NCBI GenBank assembly: GCA_051362555.1
Contig: CM120645.1
Location: 9,734,001-9,798,000, forward strand
From: Lingula anatina
Taxonomy: Eukaryota; Animalia; Brachiopoda
Length of the DNA: 64,000 nt
Direction of reading: 5' to 3'
The stretch's first letter is position 1, and each line of letters opens with the position of its first letter. A program made the position numbers and the translations under genes. Shown one piece after another: positions 62,018-64,000 of this stretch. Under the pieces are notes generated by a model. The model was not told the origin of the DNA and ran no database searches. It worked only from the letters and a program-made list of their open reading frames with translations.

Positions 62018-64000
62018 GGATACGTGCACAGCAATAAACAATCAGTCAATTCAAACAAAATTTTGGAACAACCTCAAATAGACATTTCAGCCTTGTTAAA
62101 AGGTAATCCATTGGAACACAACTTGGTAGAAATTAGTGTAGGTAAACTTCAATTCAATGCTCTTGTAGACACAGGTGCTTCTGTATCATGCATTTCTAAA
62201 AATCTAGTATCTAAACTGTGTCCCGATGTCAGTTATCAACCTTCATTTCTGAAAACTGTAAGAGGTGTAGGCGGTGAAAATCACCCAATCTTTGGTTGCA
62301 TCATGCTGTCTTTTTCCATTGATAATACCACCTTTCATCACAAATTTCATGTCCTTGAACGTCTACCAAGGAATGTCATCTTAGGTATTGATTTCCTACA
62401 GAATAATTCAGCATGTATGGACTTCAGTTCTAAAACCCTCACTTTCAAGGACAGCATAACAATTCCTACTCACCAACAACAACATTTTGGAATGGCCAGA
62501 CCTGTTTCAGATACTACCATACCTCCCCAATCTGAAAGCTTAGTTCCCCTCAAAATATCAAGACACAAGAATGCAAAGTGTAAAACGTTCTTATTAGAAC
62601 CAGCAGGGAATAAGTATTTCACTTCAAGGTGTGTTGTCAGTATGAATAATGGCAAGGTTTTGTGCAGGGTATATAATCCAACAAATAAAACAATCAAAAT
62701 ATCCAAAAGGGAAGTGTTAGCAAAAGGATACCACATAGATGAAGACAGTGTTTCAGCTTTACAAGAGAAAACGGAAGTCCATAAAGAGATGGGTGCTCCA
62801 ACTTGCAATGAAAAAGAAAAGAAACAGTCAGATGAAATAGCTATTGTGGATACATGTATCATGCAAACAATCCAGAATGATGACGGTCCTTCAAAACAGA
62901 GAGTTAAGTGGGGTGAAGACAAAGTGAAAATAGCAGAAAGCATAGGCATAGATTTACAAAATGCAGATTTAACTGAAGATCAAAAATACCAATTATCAGA
63001 CCTCATAGGTAAATACCGCTCTGTTTTTGCCACGGACCTCTCGGAATTGGGTAAAGCAAATGTAGCCCCTCACAAAATAGAGACAGGAAACGCACCACCA
63101 CAGAGACAAAGATTCTATAGACAAACACCAGAAAAGAGACAAGAGACCCTCAAACAAACACAACAGATGCTGGACAATGACATCATAGAACCTTCTACCT
63201 CTCAGTGGGCTGCACCAGTGGTTTTAGTGCAAAAGAAAGATGGAACGTATAGATTTGCAGTGGACTACAGAAGATTAAACAGTGTGACTGAACCAATAAG
63301 CTGGCCACTACCACGGTTAGAAGACATCCACGAGACCGTAGGAGAAGCAAAAGCTAAGTTCTATTCTTCACTTGATATGGCCTCTGGATACTGGCAGATA
63401 CCCTTGGACCCACTGACCAAAGAGAAAACATCCTTTGTCACTCACAATGGCCAATACCAATTCAAACGCTTACCTTTCGGCCTTCGGAATTCGGGTACAA
63501 CCTATCAACAGATCATGTCACAAATATTGCAGGATTTAAATTGGAAAATCGCACTTGCCTACATTGATGATATTTTAGTTTTCAGCCAGACATTTGACCA
63601 ACATTTGTACCATTTAGAACTTGTCTTCCAAAAGCTTCAAGCAGCAAATCTAACTCTTAAACCTGCAAAATGCAAATTTGCCTCAAAGAAAATCCACTTT
63701 TTAGGCCATGTTTTATCAAAAGAAGGAATACAAGTAGACCAACAAAAAATTGAGGCAGTTAAGTCTTTTTCAACCCCCAAAACAGTCTCACAGGTACGTA
63801 GTTTCTTAGGCCTCACAAACTATTACCGAAAATTTGTCAAAGACTATGCTAAAATTGCAACACCTCTGCACGTTTTAACCCGAAAAGACCAAAAGTTTGA
63901 ATGGACGAGTGAGTGTGAAAAGGCATTCCAACACCTGAAGCAAGCTTTAACAACTACTCCAATTTTGGCATTTCCGGATGTTTCGAAACCTTTTAAACTG
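62018..64000 (+). CDS. pol: Retrotransposon Pol (aspartic protease, dUTPase-like segment, reverse transcriptase), partial; in frame with gag
   Basis: Open frame from 62018 to the window end. ALVDTGASVSCI (DTG 62168-62176) and VILGIDFL; SQWAAPVVLVQKKDGTYRFAVDYRRLN, LDMASGYWQI, LPFGLRNS, YIDD (63560-63571), FLGH, RSFLGLTNYYRKFV, PILAFPD. Probably absent from the ORF track because it has no stop inside the window. Confidence 0.95.

Larger units (their letters stand above)
59544..64000 (+). mobile_element. Ty3/Gypsy LTR retrotransposon, apparently intact, truncated by the window end
   Basis: Order LTR-PBS-gag-protease-RT-(start of RNase H region); no frameshifts seen in 60836-64000. Confidence 0.93.

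Noticed and set aside
62470-62949. 159-aa antisense ORF in pol (also antisense ORFs over DYRK2 and the receptor)
   Set aside because: Shadow ORFs of real coding strands with no recognisable features.

Overview
Eukaryotic, AT-rich, intron-containing animal genomic DNA; the gene and repeat content suggests a marine invertebrate, probably a lophotrochozoan (inference). Four host genes are supported. (1) An uncharacterised 4-coding-exon type I membrane receptor (~2349-4657, +) has a Cys/Trp-rich ectodomain, a Thr/Pro stalk, one TM helix and a tail with 18 tyrosines; two single-base homopolymer frameshifts appear to separate it from its signal peptide and from a longer C-terminus. (2) An intronless DYRK2 kinase lies at 6583-8226 (+). 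(3) A 9-exon FBXL5 iron/oxygen sensor lies at 45940-51880 (-). (4) An intronless SPMIP1/ATP6V1FNB-like axonemal protein (52093-52662, +) is head-to-head with FBXL5, the start codons only ~210 bp apart. The 37-kb gap between DYRK2 and FBXL5 holds non-autonomous DNA elements: Helentron-type HINEs (one with a 146-bp tandem array full of nuclear-receptor DR1 sites), piggyBac-, Harbinger/Zator- and hAT-like MITEs, and a perfect 41-bp template-switch hairpin. The window ends in an apparently intact Ty3/Gypsy LTR retrotransposon. Its gag and pol are in the same frame, separated by one UAG-GGA codon (candidate MuLV-style stop-codon readthrough). Its Gag carries 12 Gln/Pro/aromatic heptads including a YPxL motif, and a dUTPase-like segment sits between protease and RT.
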